From: Paramecium tetraurelia
Taxonomy: Eukaryota
DNA length: 64,000 nucleotides
NCBI GenBank assembly: GCA_000165425.1
Contig: CT867997.1
Span: forward strand, 310,001 to 374,000
Reading direction: 5' to 3'
Under the pieces are notes generated by a model. That model was not told where the DNA came from. It saw only the letters and a list, made by a program, of their open reading frames with translations, and made no database searches. Numbering within the stretch: the first letter of the stretch is position 1; each line of letters starts with the position of its first letter. Made by a program: the position numbers and the translations under genes. Positions 15,044-27,741 of the stretch are shown here, in pieces.

Positions 15044-15489
15044 AAATCAATTTATTATTAACAAAAATACATAGTATGATTATTAAAACAAATTGCTAAT
15101 TTCTAATTATTTATAAACAAAATAAAATACATTATCATTGATAGTTTCCAATACTAAATTAATTAAGTTTGAATTTATTATTTACATATATAAATTTAAG
15201 GAGAATTTTATTAGACCAAAAATCAAACAATTAACTTTTCATTTGAATTTTCTCATTTTATTTCCTCTTTATTATATATTTATATACATCTATTACAGTA
15301 TTACAGGTTGAAATTAGTTTCTATATATTTATAATAATAATAAACTATTGTATTTCATAAAGAAATATTCCGTAACTGAATGGAATGTCATTAAATAAAT
15401 AATGCCATTATTCCTTATATCATATAATATTTATTTATCTCTTTTAAAATATTAAAATCTAGACGCCTAATTTAATTTACTAAATTTTA

Positions 15490-17190
15490 ATTTTATGCAT
15501 CTAATTACATTTATTAATAATAAATAAATAATAAATCATGTTCTGAGTATTTATCTAGAATTGTTCCTGAATTAAATTAATTAGATATATACCACAAATA
15601 CTTTGAAAAATAAAAATAAGTGATTCCTGTTAAAAAAGAATTCAAAGAACAAAATTATCGTATTGATACAATGAAAAACAATAATTAGAAAAAATAAAAG
15701 TAGAATAAGAACAATTATTAGATCATATTAATATCAATGTTACTGGAATTATATAAAAAACTAAAAGTCATGAAGTTACATTTGAAGCTTTTGATTATTT
15801 GGTACAAAGTTGCATGACTTTGTCTGAATTAATTTATTTATTAATTTCAGTAAAAATTATATAAGAAAGTAGTAATATATTCTTTTTCATTTTACTCTTA
15901 AATGATTATAGAAAACTAAAAGCAATCTATATTATAAAAACAATTCGTATTTTGAGATATCATAACTTTAACAATTAAACAGGGATGCATTAAATGTAAT
16001 TTTTAGGGAAAAAATATTAAATTTTCAGTAAATTAGCTTGCTATGATGACTCCTTTAAATAAAATTAATATTTGAAGCACCGATTATTAAGAAATTAATT
16101 TTTTCTTGAAGAAATGTCAACAGAACAGTAAACTTGTAATTTTAAGTTATGAAATAGTATTGAATTTTTTGAAATTTTTATGCCTTATTATAATGTTGAA
16201 TTTATAAAAAGGATATAAAATCAAAATCTTGAAAATCATTTAACTTATAATAATATTAAATATGACCTTCTTATATTGTTATTAGATAAAGTAATTAAAA
16301 GAATTATATGTGATAAGAGACAAAAAATAAAAGCAAACTATAAAAGAAGAACAAATGATGAAATCTAATGATTAGAAAATATAACTAGATGAAATTATAA
16401 AGGACTTTCAAATAATAAAGTTTGAATATAAGTTAAAAACAAAAAATAAAAATTTACCTTCCACATAAATATATAGAATTAAAATAGTCCTATTTTAAAC
16501 TACAATGAAACTTAATAGCAAATCACATATCAAAAGCTAAACTTACAAAGTTGGTTTACTAGATTTCCTTTCTAAATAACTTAATCATAACCATTAGCAA
16601 CTTAATCATATATTCAAAAATAACTAATGAACTAGACTTAGAAGAAGTGAAATTTATTCAGGATATTAGTTTTGAATGTACTTACATACAAGGAATGACA
16701 TAAACAAAAATTAATTAATATAAATCAAGTGATCCCAATGGAATAGTTCAAAATTTATCTGCAGGGGTAATTAATTATTTAATTTATTTGGCCTAGAAAG
16801 CAGCTTGGATTCGAAGGATTGCTTTAAATAATAATTTAATAACCACTAAAAGCAAAGAAAATCAACTGAATTAATTTAAAAGTAAATATCGATAAAAATA
16901 GTGAATTGATGAAAATTAGAATTGAATACTTTCTTTTGAGGAGATATGTTAAAGATGTGAAATGATGATGGAATATATAAAGAAATAATAAAATGGAGTT
17001 CTTTGCAAGAAGAATTTGGTTGAGATAATAACTAAAAAATCTTCAAATTTATAAATAGGTGTTATTTTAAAGCTATAGAATTCAATTCTGATGAAGAAAT
17101 ACCAACACGAAAAGCGAGATTACTCATTGGGAGTGGAAAGCTAGGGCATCAACTGCCTTATTAATGATGGTTTGGGGTGATATAAACTTT
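15490..17190 (+). pseudogene. Degenerate coding-like region of unknown product
   Basis: Protein-like stretches (EYLSRIVPELNQLDIYHKYF; LDHININVTGIIQKTKSHEVTFEAFDYLVQSC; QDISFECTYIQGMTQ...SAG/intron/KAAWIRRIAL) lie in different frames and are broken by TGA; no continuous model found. Confidence 0.4.
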
Positions 17191-17317
17191 TTTGATTCAA
17201 AACCTAAAATGTCACTAAAGTAATATATATGACAGATTAGCATATGTAATTAATTATCTTTCTATTTTATATCTCGAATTACATTTATTAAGTTTACTTT
17301 ATTATTTTTATTTAAAA

Positions 17318-19251
17318 ATGGTGTTTATTCTAACTCTAGAGCAAGCATAAATCTCAATTAAAACTGATAAACCCATGTATTATCCGGGAGAGGTTATTAG
17401 AGGAGTCATTTATTTAAAAGTAAAAACTAAAGATATAAATGCTGGTACCTTGTACCTTAAGGTAAAAATTAGATATAATTTATATAAGCTTTGCGGGTAA
17501 GAGAAGGTCAACTAATTGGATAAGCACAACCAATTTTTCAGTTTTAAATAGTTTATCTTTAAAAAATAAAAGAAAATAACAGATTTTGGAAAGTATGGCA
17601 AAATTAAATAAATAGGAAAATGCCACTTATTGCTTGCAGGAAATATTTTGAAATGGAAGTTCCAAATTTATCACCTAGTTTTACAATCAACTATTACAAG
17701 ATGGTACAATGCAGAATCTTATATTTTCTCTCAGTTACTATTTAAAGTGAGGATGAGAAATATTTATATAAACCTCCAAAGAAACATAGAGTAGTGATCC
17801 ATATTCTTTAAAAGCCCCAGATACATGCTCATTTGTCATTGGAGCATTCTGGGGAATCAAAAGTATCAAACAGATGTTGTTTTTCTACTGGAGTATAATA
17901 ATTTATTATTAGCATAGAGCACAAAAGTTAAGGTTCAGTTAAACAAACCTTACTACACGTTTGGAGAAAATATTGATATAATTCTATAAGTTGACAATAG
18001 TTAATCAAGTTCAGCTATTCAAAATTTCAAATTCTAAATCACATCACAGTTAGTCATTTTGTATAAATAGTAAAAACGTAAATTATCAAATTATTTTGAT
18101 TTATTTGATTAAGAATTAAATTGTAAATATATCTGCTATTTATATTAGAATAAGTTGCAGCTGGTGAGTAAAAAGAGGTAAAAACTATTTTGAGTTTACC
18201 AAATGGCAAGCCTACTAAAGCTTCAGCGATTTTTCCTTAAAGTTCTTTGAAGACTAAAAGAATTATATTTCAATATATACTTACTCTCAAAGTGATTTTT
18301 GCAAAAAGATTATTATTAAGTTAGCAAGATTTAACTGTTCCTATTCCATTATATCTAATATAGAACTAAAAAAGAGAAAAAGACAATGTATTTCAATCAA
18401 TGGATAACATTAGTATTGCTGGATCTATATTTGATACAAATTAAAAAATAAATGCAAGTGTAATAAAAAAGTTTATTTATGGAGATCATAATTGTTCAGG
18501 TTATGGTGAATAAGATGGATACTCAGGACCTGAGAGAAAATATAATCCTTTTGAAAGTTTAAATGAGAATGCTTTAAAAGATGTGAAAGGAGCATTAGAA
18601 TAATTGATGTTTTAAAAATAATATGAAAATGAAGATAGTGATGATGATGATAAATTAATTGAAGAAATTGATGGAGTTAATCTGAATAATGTTAGCATTA
18701 ATGTTGAATAATCTGAAAAATAAGAAAAACCCAAAACAATATTTTAATTAGGCAAAAAAAATGATATTTCTTTACCAAATCACAATATAGAAGAAGCAAA
18801 ATTAGATAATGGAATATAGGACTAATTATAAACAATTAAAGAAGAAGTAGATAGCAAAGGAACATAATATAATCTAAATAATGCTCTGTCTTCATCATGC
18901 GTTAGAAAAAATCATCACGAAGAAGAGAATGATGATTAATAAAATAAACAATTTTAATAGTAATCCTATCCAATTGACACTTTTGGCTCATTTTAAAAAG
19001 TAATTATAAATAAGGAAGAATGTGATCAAATAAAAATAGGTTCTGATGAATAGGAAAACTAAATAAAACCTATTAACTTAAAACAAAATAGATCATTATC
19101 CAATTCAATTGATTAAACTGATTAAAAAGAATAAAAACAATTTAAAGTTTAATTTAATGATGTCACATCTGTTGATACCTTGGATGGTAAAACTGGTGAA
19201 AGATAAAGCACCTAATGTAGAAAAAATGAAAACCAATCCAAATAATTTTGA
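17318..19251 (+). CDS. Arrestin-domain (alpha-arrestin-like) protein with an acidic low-complexity C-tail
   Basis: SIKTDKPMYYPGEVIRGVIYLKV (Arrestin_N) and LNKPYYTFGENIDIILQVDNSQS (Arrestin_C). Confidence 0.8.
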
Positions 19252-19360
19252 GTTATATTATATATATTCAATTTATTTAATAATGTTTATGTTGAAATTG
19301 TGAAGTTATAAATTTTATCTTTAAATGTTAAATCATTTAAAATACCATTAATCATCCTGA

Positions 19361-20182
19361 TCATTAAAATGATATGTCCATATATTATATATCATCCTAC
19401 TCCTCAATCTTAAAGCTATGACACTAAAAAGACAAAGAATTTCTTGAGCAAGTGTCTTCTAAAAGGTTATCTACTATATCCAATATTGATTAATCAATGT
19501 TTTCCTAATTTTATTCACTTAGTATGTATATCTAAGATAACTGCCTGTCCTTTGATGTAACTATTTAATTTCTTAGGGACTTAATTATATTTATCCACTC
19601 ATCTAATTTTAATGTTTATAGCTATCTTTATAAGTCATATGTTGTTTCAATACAATCATCTATCAAGTCGAATTAGGTTTTATTATGCCCAAAATAGACA
19701 ATACCAAATCTTTATTAGTGTCTTTCCTTTTCCGATAATAATTCCTTAAGTAATCGTAGTCTTTTTTTATTTTCTTTCATAGTCAAATCGATAATAAAGG
19801 CTATGTCACATTCTAATTTCCACTCTAAAAATTACTGTTATTTATCAAATAACGATGAAATCGAAGAGTTTTTTTTAAGTTTGTTTGGAGATTGATGTAG
19901 CTAGTCCAATCTGCTTAATTTTACACATAGATCATCTGCTATAAATAAGTCTTTTTATTTAGACCCTTTTACTTTTTGAAGGCATTTACCTTTGTTAGTA
20001 ATTTGCACTTGCTAAGTTTATTTAGATTTTTAGTATCTAGCAGATTTCTAAGATGAGCAAGAAATACCCATTAAAGTAAGTTTTTATTAATTATATCAAT
20101 TTTCTTGAAACTTCTTGATAAATTCATAAAGTGAAATACCCTCTATTAAATCAAAATTCAAACAAAACGTTCTCCCTTGCAT
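19361..20182 (-). CDS. Hypothetical protein
   Basis: Starts MQGRTFCLNFDLIEGISLYEFIKKFQE and ends SILDIVDNLLEDTCSRNSLSFQCHSFKIEEQDDIQYMDISFQ*; interior not fully traced. Confidence 0.6.
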
Positions 20183-20882
20183 ATTCTTTTATTTATATTC
20201 ATGTATAATTGAAAAAGGATTTAGATTATTAGAGTTAGTAAAGAATTTATTTAGTAAATAAGAAGAGATGAAGAACAATAAGAACACTCTTATTTTAAGA
20301 TTAAAGGCAATAAATTATATATCTAAGCAGGACAACAATTATATGAGAACATATCTGAACCTATCCATATCCAACCAGTATAAATAAGTAGTTATAATTA
20401 ATACTCAAAACACAATGTTTGGATTAATGTTTACAAAAAAAACTTTAATGTGATGACTCTAGATGTATTTTTGCTCTTAAAAACTTCAATATTAAACAGT
20501 AAGGGAGATGCAAGTACTAAACTGTTAATATCACATTATACATTGAAAATTATGATATTCTTTTGAATACTGCCCTATTTTAATTGAAAAATAGATTTTA
20601 AATTTAATATAATAAATTACAATTAAGCAGAGACAATTAGTAATAAATAGATATTAAGCATTAAATTGAATTTCATGATCGACCTAAAATTAGATAATAT
20701 TTTTTATAATTTATAATTCATATTATTAAAAATGTTAAAATTCATTAAATTTTTCTGCAAGAATCTATTTCATTTCCAAAACTAATGAAATAATGCTAAT
20801 ATAAAATGTATATATAAAAAATATATCTTGATTTGATAAATATTTATATTTATTTTAAAAATAAGCTCTTAAAATTGAAAAT

Positions 20883-21908
20883 TCATGCATCAATAGGTTC
20901 GTTTTCATCTTAAATTTAAGTTTCATCGTTCACTTCATTACAAATTAACAGTTTTTCTTATTCTTCATCTTCTTTTTCTAAAATGTGACTCAAATCAGCT
21001 AAACTTGCATCATTTTATATCTCTGTATAGATTGAATTTGTCAATCTAATGAAATAATAGATTATCAAAGTAACTATGATAAACATTAAGCCCTTCAACC
21101 AAATAGGAACATAATTGCTGGTGTCTCCTGATTATAATACATCAGCAAGTGAATCTAAGTTTGATCCCATATAAACCCAGAATCCAGCCCAAATGACAGT
21201 TCCAAAAAATGTTGGGTGAATGAATTCCCAATGAGTGATTCTAAATAACCCACATGCATAAGTCTTGAAGATTGTAGGAATTGCCAAAAATTACAGAAGA
21301 TACATAACTTTTGTAGGTTTGCGTTCTGTTGCTAGATAACAAGTGATGAAGTATATGTTTTCATTCATTGCTGTATAAATAAAACTTCTTATTGCATATC
21401 TCCCAATCAAGAAACCAATATATCTATCATAATTACTGATTTATTATATACTTTGCCAAGAATTTAGCTAAGGAAACTGTGAACAAAGCAAACCAAAAAG
21501 GGTGAATTAAAAATCCTGCTAAAATATCATAGAGAACAACATTAAAGCCAGTCAAAACAAACCATAAACCTATTACTCCAATATAAAAAGCTCCTATATA
21601 ATGCCCTATCTATATTATTATAATAACTTTACCCTAGTCATTGAAATCATTGAGAACATTAAAACAAAAATATCGAAAGTCCCTTACCCAATATAAAAGT
21701 AAGACGAAGGTTACCAGTATGATGGAGTACAATACCATAATAAGCATTAGTACTTTTTATGCTTTATCTCTTTTAGGGTTATGTTCAGATGTGGCTAAGT
21801 TCATTTAAATTCACTATTACATGATCCCTCCTTTGCTTTTTAATACTTTTCCCTTAACTCTTTACTTTGATTTTCATAAAACAACTGATCTCTAGTTTGA
21901 TCACTCAT
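20883..21908 (-). CDS. VTT/DedA-domain membrane protein (TVP38/TMEM64-like)
   Basis: Several TM helices; GFLIGRYAIRSF and LLQFLAIPTIFKTYACGLFRITHWEFIHPTFFGTVIWAGFWVYMGSNL fit the VTT pattern. Confidence 0.78.
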
Positions 21909-22912
21909 TCGTTTTTACTATTTATCAAATATTGGAAATTATAAAATTTATACTAATTTAAAAACCATATATTTTTATTAGTAATCTCAATTCATTTGAT
22001 GGATCAATTTCATAAACTTAGTTCATAGTAGTTCCAAAAGAACTAAAAAAATTTAAAATATAATCAAAAAAATTTAGCTATTGTGTCTAAAGATTTATAT
22101 TAAAATTTTACACTTGACTTCAATTTCAAATTATGTTATGTTGTGTTGATTATCTATAAGGTTATTAATCCTATTTATAATATCTAGTCTCTAATTGAGA
22201 AACAGTTATTCAACAAATATGATGCCTGTGACAATATTTAAATGCTTCTATTCTATTTTAGTATGAAATGATTCATTATTTTTTTGGATTCAATTATAAT
22301 TAATATAATATCACCTAATCTTTTGATTAATTAAATTTCATTGAAAACAAGTCTATTATAATGTTCTACATTTTATTAACTAATAAGTTTTAGAATCAAA
22401 TAGATAATTTCTTTTTATTAAATTTCATTTTTCTATGTTTATATGCTCAATATGAGTGTAATTAAATAAATCATTCTAAACGATTGGTCGAATAATCATC
22501 AATTATATACACCTTTTATGTTTATTTTATACAATAATATTATTCTTATTTTGACTTAAAATTAAATTGATTCAATAATATTAATCATAAAAATAAAGTA
22601 TGTGCTCCATATGATCTCTTTTATAAAAATAGAAATGTTGCTATTAAACAGAAAAAATTTGATTCTAGATTAGATGTTGTCAAAATTCAAAAGGATTTCT
22701 ATCATCACCATTTTGATAAAAATAGCTATATTTATAAATCAGTATTTTTAGAATTCAAATTTTAAGTAATAATTTTACTGCTTAATTATGCTTAAGTATA
22801 TCAATTTGCTTAATAATTTATTTGTTTTGAGTACACGATATTATTTCTTCAACTATTATTAGGTATTATTTAATTAAGATTCGCATTATTTAATATATAT
22901 TCTAATATCCAT

Positions 22913-23879
22913 ATGTCGATTGAAGTAGCAAAAGCTATTGGATTTGAAACAGATGAAGTCAAGGCGTTATGTACTGATAGAGATGCAATTTTATATTCTC
23001 TTGGTATTGGATATAGCTCTGATCCAATGAATGCAGAGGAACTTTCATATTCATACGAATTGCATGAAGATTTCAAAGTTTTCCCAACCTACACTACATG
23101 TCTTCACAGAACTGACATTTTTAAGGTAGATCGACCTAAAATTAGTAGGCTTTAACATCATGTCCAGGTATTCCAAACTTTAATCCAATGATGTTATTAC
23201 ACGGAGAATAGAGAATTTAAGTCTTGAGACCTTTGAAAACCGGAGTGGAATATGTAACTAAAGGAAAAATAGCCAATGTTTCTGATAAGGGAAAGGGAGC
23301 ATTAATTTAGTTCGATTTATTAAGTTCTGAAATAGATGATTAAGGCAAGAAAACATTAGCTTTTGTCAATACATTATCTCTATTTATTAGAGGATTGGGA
23401 GGTTTTGGACTTAAAGGAAATCCAGTTGAAAACATTCCTGCTCTTCCTAAAAGGCCTGCATGCAAAGAAGTGAAATAGGTCACAACACCAAATCAAGCTA
23501 TCATATACAGACTGTCTGGGGATATTAACCCATTGCATATTGATCCTGTAATAGATATTTAAATTGAATTTAGAATATGGCAGCATTAGGAGGATTTGAT
23601 AAACCAATTTTACATGGATTGTGCACATATGGTATTTGTGCCAAAGCTGCCATTCAGACATTCACTTAAGTATAATCCGTGATTATTCTAAATTAGGGAA
23701 ATGGTGATGCTCTTAAAAATATGGCAGCCAGATTTACTTCTCATGTTTTTCCAGGAGAAACCTTGTTGATTTCATTATGGAAGGAAGGAACCAGAGTTCA
23801 ATTTTCAGCTAGAACTTAAGAAAGAGGATTAGAAGTAATTGTGGGTTTTGTAGAGTTTAATGAGAAAGCTAAATTATGA
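22913..23879 (+). CDS. Peroxisomal 2-enoyl-CoA hydratase 2 (MFE-2 hydratase/MaoC domain) with PTS1
   Basis: [53 protein letters not shown]; ends -AKL*. Confidence 0.93.
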
Positions 23880-24055
23880 AAATAATTATAAAAATAAATA
23901 AACTAGTGGATAGTCATTTAATTTAAATAAAATAATATTTAGAACTTCGGTTTAAGTAGTTTTAGTATAGGTTGATTTCATGAAAGAAGGAAATTAGGAT
24001 TTGAATGTTTAATATTGTCTTTTTTTTTTGTGTTTTAATTCTCATTAATAATAAT

Positions 24056-24736
24056 ATGCTGAATCAGAAAGAAGGACATTCTAAAGTAGAAGAAGATGAT
24101 TTTACTCTTAATACTTCAAGTGCTGAACCTTTAGAATTGGATGATCACTATACAAAATAAAAGTCAATTTGTTGGGGGAGGTGTCATCCAATGATGTTTA
24201 GGAAAGGAAGTCCTGCTGTTGTTATTGGACCACATTGTGATTTAAGATGTGATTTAAGGGCCCTTATTTATTTGTGCTTTTCTTTCATTCTTTATAATGG
24301 GAGGACTCTTTATTTTCCTTAGGATTGATGAGGATCCATTGATATTTTATACTACTCTTATTATTAGTATTAATCAATGTATCAGTTACCTGATTGTTGC
24401 ACTGATAAACCCTGGAGTTGCTAATATAGAGAGAGTCGACATTGAAAAGAATGAGGAAACTAGTCAAAAAACATGGTAAACTATTTTGTTATGGGAAGGT
24501 ATTGCAAGGTGTGTAAGTTGATTCAGAGCAAAGAAACTTAGCATTGTTAAGATTGTGATATTTGTATTTAAGAATTTGATCATCATTGTCCTTGGACTGG
24601 GAAATGCATAGGCAAGGGGAACATCAAATAGTTTTATTATTTTATCGTAAGTTCGATAGTGTTTATGATTTTTAACCTTGTGTTAGTTTTACTAAAAATT
24701 AAAGAATAGGATTCTAGATCACATTAATAACAATGA
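24056..24736 (+). CDS. DHHC palmitoyltransferase (short form)
   Basis: VIGPHW, LINPG, YCKVCKLIQSKETQHCQDCDICIQEFDHHCPWTGKCIGKGN. Confidence 0.92.
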
Positions 24737-24754
24737 TTAGTTTTATTAATATTA

Positions 24755-26102
24755 TCAACAACTAAAAATATCTTTTTTGATGAATTCCTTCATCTTACTT
24801 TAGTTTTCGTAATTTTCAGCTATTTATTGTAGTAAAGGGTGTCTCATAGGATGCTGCATACAAAAATGAAGAGCATACTAATTTATCTTATTCTTCTTTT
24901 ATTTAAATTAATTGCAATTCTTAATTAGTTTATCAATTTAGGGTTTATCTATTTCCTTCTTCTGAAAGGAGTCAAACCACTCGATAAACTAATGCAAGTC
25001 TTCCATGCTTAGTATTAAATTCCTGTTGAGATCAATCAAAGAACAAATGATGTCCGAAATATCAAAAATGCTTGTGGCCAACAAATAATCCCAAAATCTA
25101 CATACATTATTAATATGAAAATTATATAGAAAGAGTGTCATTATTAATTTGGTAATCCAGATTGCATTCTAGACCTCCAATTTATGATAGATGTGGTTGA
25201 ATAAATCAGGAACTTTGAATTTTATTTCGTTTATGCAGATAAATTCCAATAGTTTCACTAAAGGCATTTCATCTTAATAAATGTAATAGAGCATAAATTT
25301 GGGATTCACCATCATCTATGCCAAAAATTGTAAGCTTTGATCGATCTATTTGTTGTTTATGATTAAGGTGAATCCCACCAAGAAGTTCATTCCTTAACAA
25401 TAACCAAGTTTGGGAAATAACTTTGATAATTTCAACAAAACCCTCTCTAAATCTTTTTAACCATCTCCAGTTTCGAAATATTTAATGTCACTTGATGTTA
25501 CTGTTCTGTGAATGTCCTTTCGAATTGCTTTAGCATATTTCTAATCTTCTTCTAAAAAAGATAGTCCATCCGAACATATTTGGAATTTGGGAGTGTATGC
25601 CATCAATTGCCAACAGGACCATCTTATACGTTATTTGGGAGGCCCCATAATTAATTTAATTCTTGATTAAGAGTTATTTTTACTTGAATTCATTTTTTTT
25701 TAAGATATAGAAATTTATGATTACCATGTCCAAATTTGAATTACAATAATCGTAGCTCTTCTTATATTCGAATATTTCTTATGATTCAATGAGTGATTAC
25801 TTGGTTTAATCTTGCTCCTCCTCTTCATCAATTTCAGACAAGAATTTGGTGGAAGCATCACAATTTAAATTTATTTAAGTTATCAACACAGATTCATGGA
25901 GACTCTCTAACCAATTAAGAAGACATGACGTCTTCTATTGTTCATTCTGATATTGCGTAGGTATTAATGATTCTTTATGATCTTATTCTAAGTCTAGCTT
26001 AACTGCCTCATTCACTTAAGTAACCTTCCTTTATCGAATCTGGAACTCAGCCCTCAACATTGATTCAGTTCTATCGCTTTAACATAAAACCTAATTCCCC
26101 AT
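24755..26102 (-). CDS. TBC-domain Rab GTPase-activating protein
   Basis: Starts MGNQ; GPPKQRIRWSCWQL, IRKDIHRT (R-finger) and LGYCQGMNFL (Q-finger). Confidence 0.9.
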
Positions 26103-26202
26103 TATGTTATAATAAAATTTATTCCATTTGCTTTAGTTTTTATTTTTTTGAATTCCAAACCAATAGGAAATCTTAATTAATAATATCATATCATAAAATT
26201 AA

Positions 26203-26571
26203 ATGAGTCGGAAATTCACATGGCAAGAAGTTGGTGACAATGCCAAAAATGGCTGGATTGTCATTGGCGATTCAGTCTATGGACCATAAGGATTTTTAGA
26301 TTCTCATCCAGGAGGCCCCGCAGTCATCAGGAATAAAGCAGGCAAAGATGTCACTAGATTCTTTTATGAAATGGGTACTAAACAATATATGAAACAAGGT
26401 CATTCCTAGAATGCTCAAGATATTTTGAAATCCTTGAAAATTGGAGAGATCGATAAGAATTCATAACCCGCAAAATGGTAAGTAGATTCAGATCAAAGAC
26501 TAGTAGCAATTACCTCTGTATTGCTAATATTGGCAATTGCATTTCTTTATTTTTATGTTTTGAGAAAATGA
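26203..26571 (+). CDS. Cytochrome b5, tail-anchored
   Basis: WIVIGDSVY...FLDSHPGG...AGKDVTRFFYEMGHS; C-terminal TM LVAITSVLLILAIAFLYFYVLRK. Confidence 0.93.
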
Positions 26572-26610
26572 AATTTGTACATTATATGATATAATCTAAT
26601 TATTTACTAA

Positions 26611-27688
26611 TCATAATCCTGGACTATTGAATAAATCTAAAACTCTCAATCTGATCTCATTAACGACTTATTCTATATTCCATTCTTTGTTTCATGAGTT
26701 TACTAAGAAACATTTGAGTTCTAATTACATTTTAATAAAAATTATCCTAATCTCTTTGGCCTAATAAGATTCCATAATGTTCAAAACTAATAGGAATCAA
26801 TTAATAAATCTAAGACTGCCAACAATTCTTATGAATTTATGAGATTTCCTATTTAATTAAATTGATATTATTTCAATTGGTTTCCATTATTTTCAGTGTC
26901 AAATTCTAATTTCATATTAATCTATCTACAATAAATTTAGAAGCTCATAGTAGTAAATAACTCAAAAAGTCAATTATCCAGAATGATATTTATATTATCA
27001 ACTTATTTAGTTGTTCTTATAAAGAAGTTTATCAAATAAGTTTTTCTTATATTTGAATAACTCCAGAAAATAAAACCCTCTAAAAGCATCAAATTGTTGT
27101 TGTGCAAATTTCCTTCACTATACATATTTCAACCTCAGACTAACTTTCTCTTAATTTTTATAAGTTATTAAATAATGAGTTCCAAATTTGCTTTAGTAGT
27201 TATTGCCTATTTTATCTCTCAATATAACGCTGCTTAATTATTCTAAAATTATATTGTTGTAAATATTTCTGTTATAAACAATGTCTCTATGAATTCTTAT
27301 TGGTTTTGATAACAATCAAAGTTGGGCTTTTAAAGTAGTAATTTAAGCAAAATAATTCTGCAATTTCTTATTTGGAGTGATTATTTTTACAATCCTTAGA
27401 TTCTAAAATTGAATTAAGATAATCTTTAGACCTTAGGAAAAACAAAACTCCAAAATGCTAAGCATAAGATTCTGCCTAGTATAAACCACCTTTGACTTAT
27501 TTAATATATCCACTTGAGCAATATCTAAAATATATTATTCATTTGAATTTAGAGAACTATGGATAACTTGACCTATATCTCCGAGGTTTCTAGATCAGCT
27601 TCTATATTTCTAACAACTAAAAATGTGGTTTCCTCTGTAGATAAGATACGTCAATGATTATTTGCTTATTTAAATCTTCACTATTCAT
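26611..27688 (-). CDS. Hypothetical coiled-coil protein
   Basis: Starts MNSEDLNKQIIIDVSYLQRKPHF and ends LDLFNSPGL*; Q/L/E/K-rich. Confidence 0.65.
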
Positions 27689-27741
27689 TATTAAATATAT
27701 ATTTTTAGTTTAAGCAATACATAACCTATATACAACTTAGC

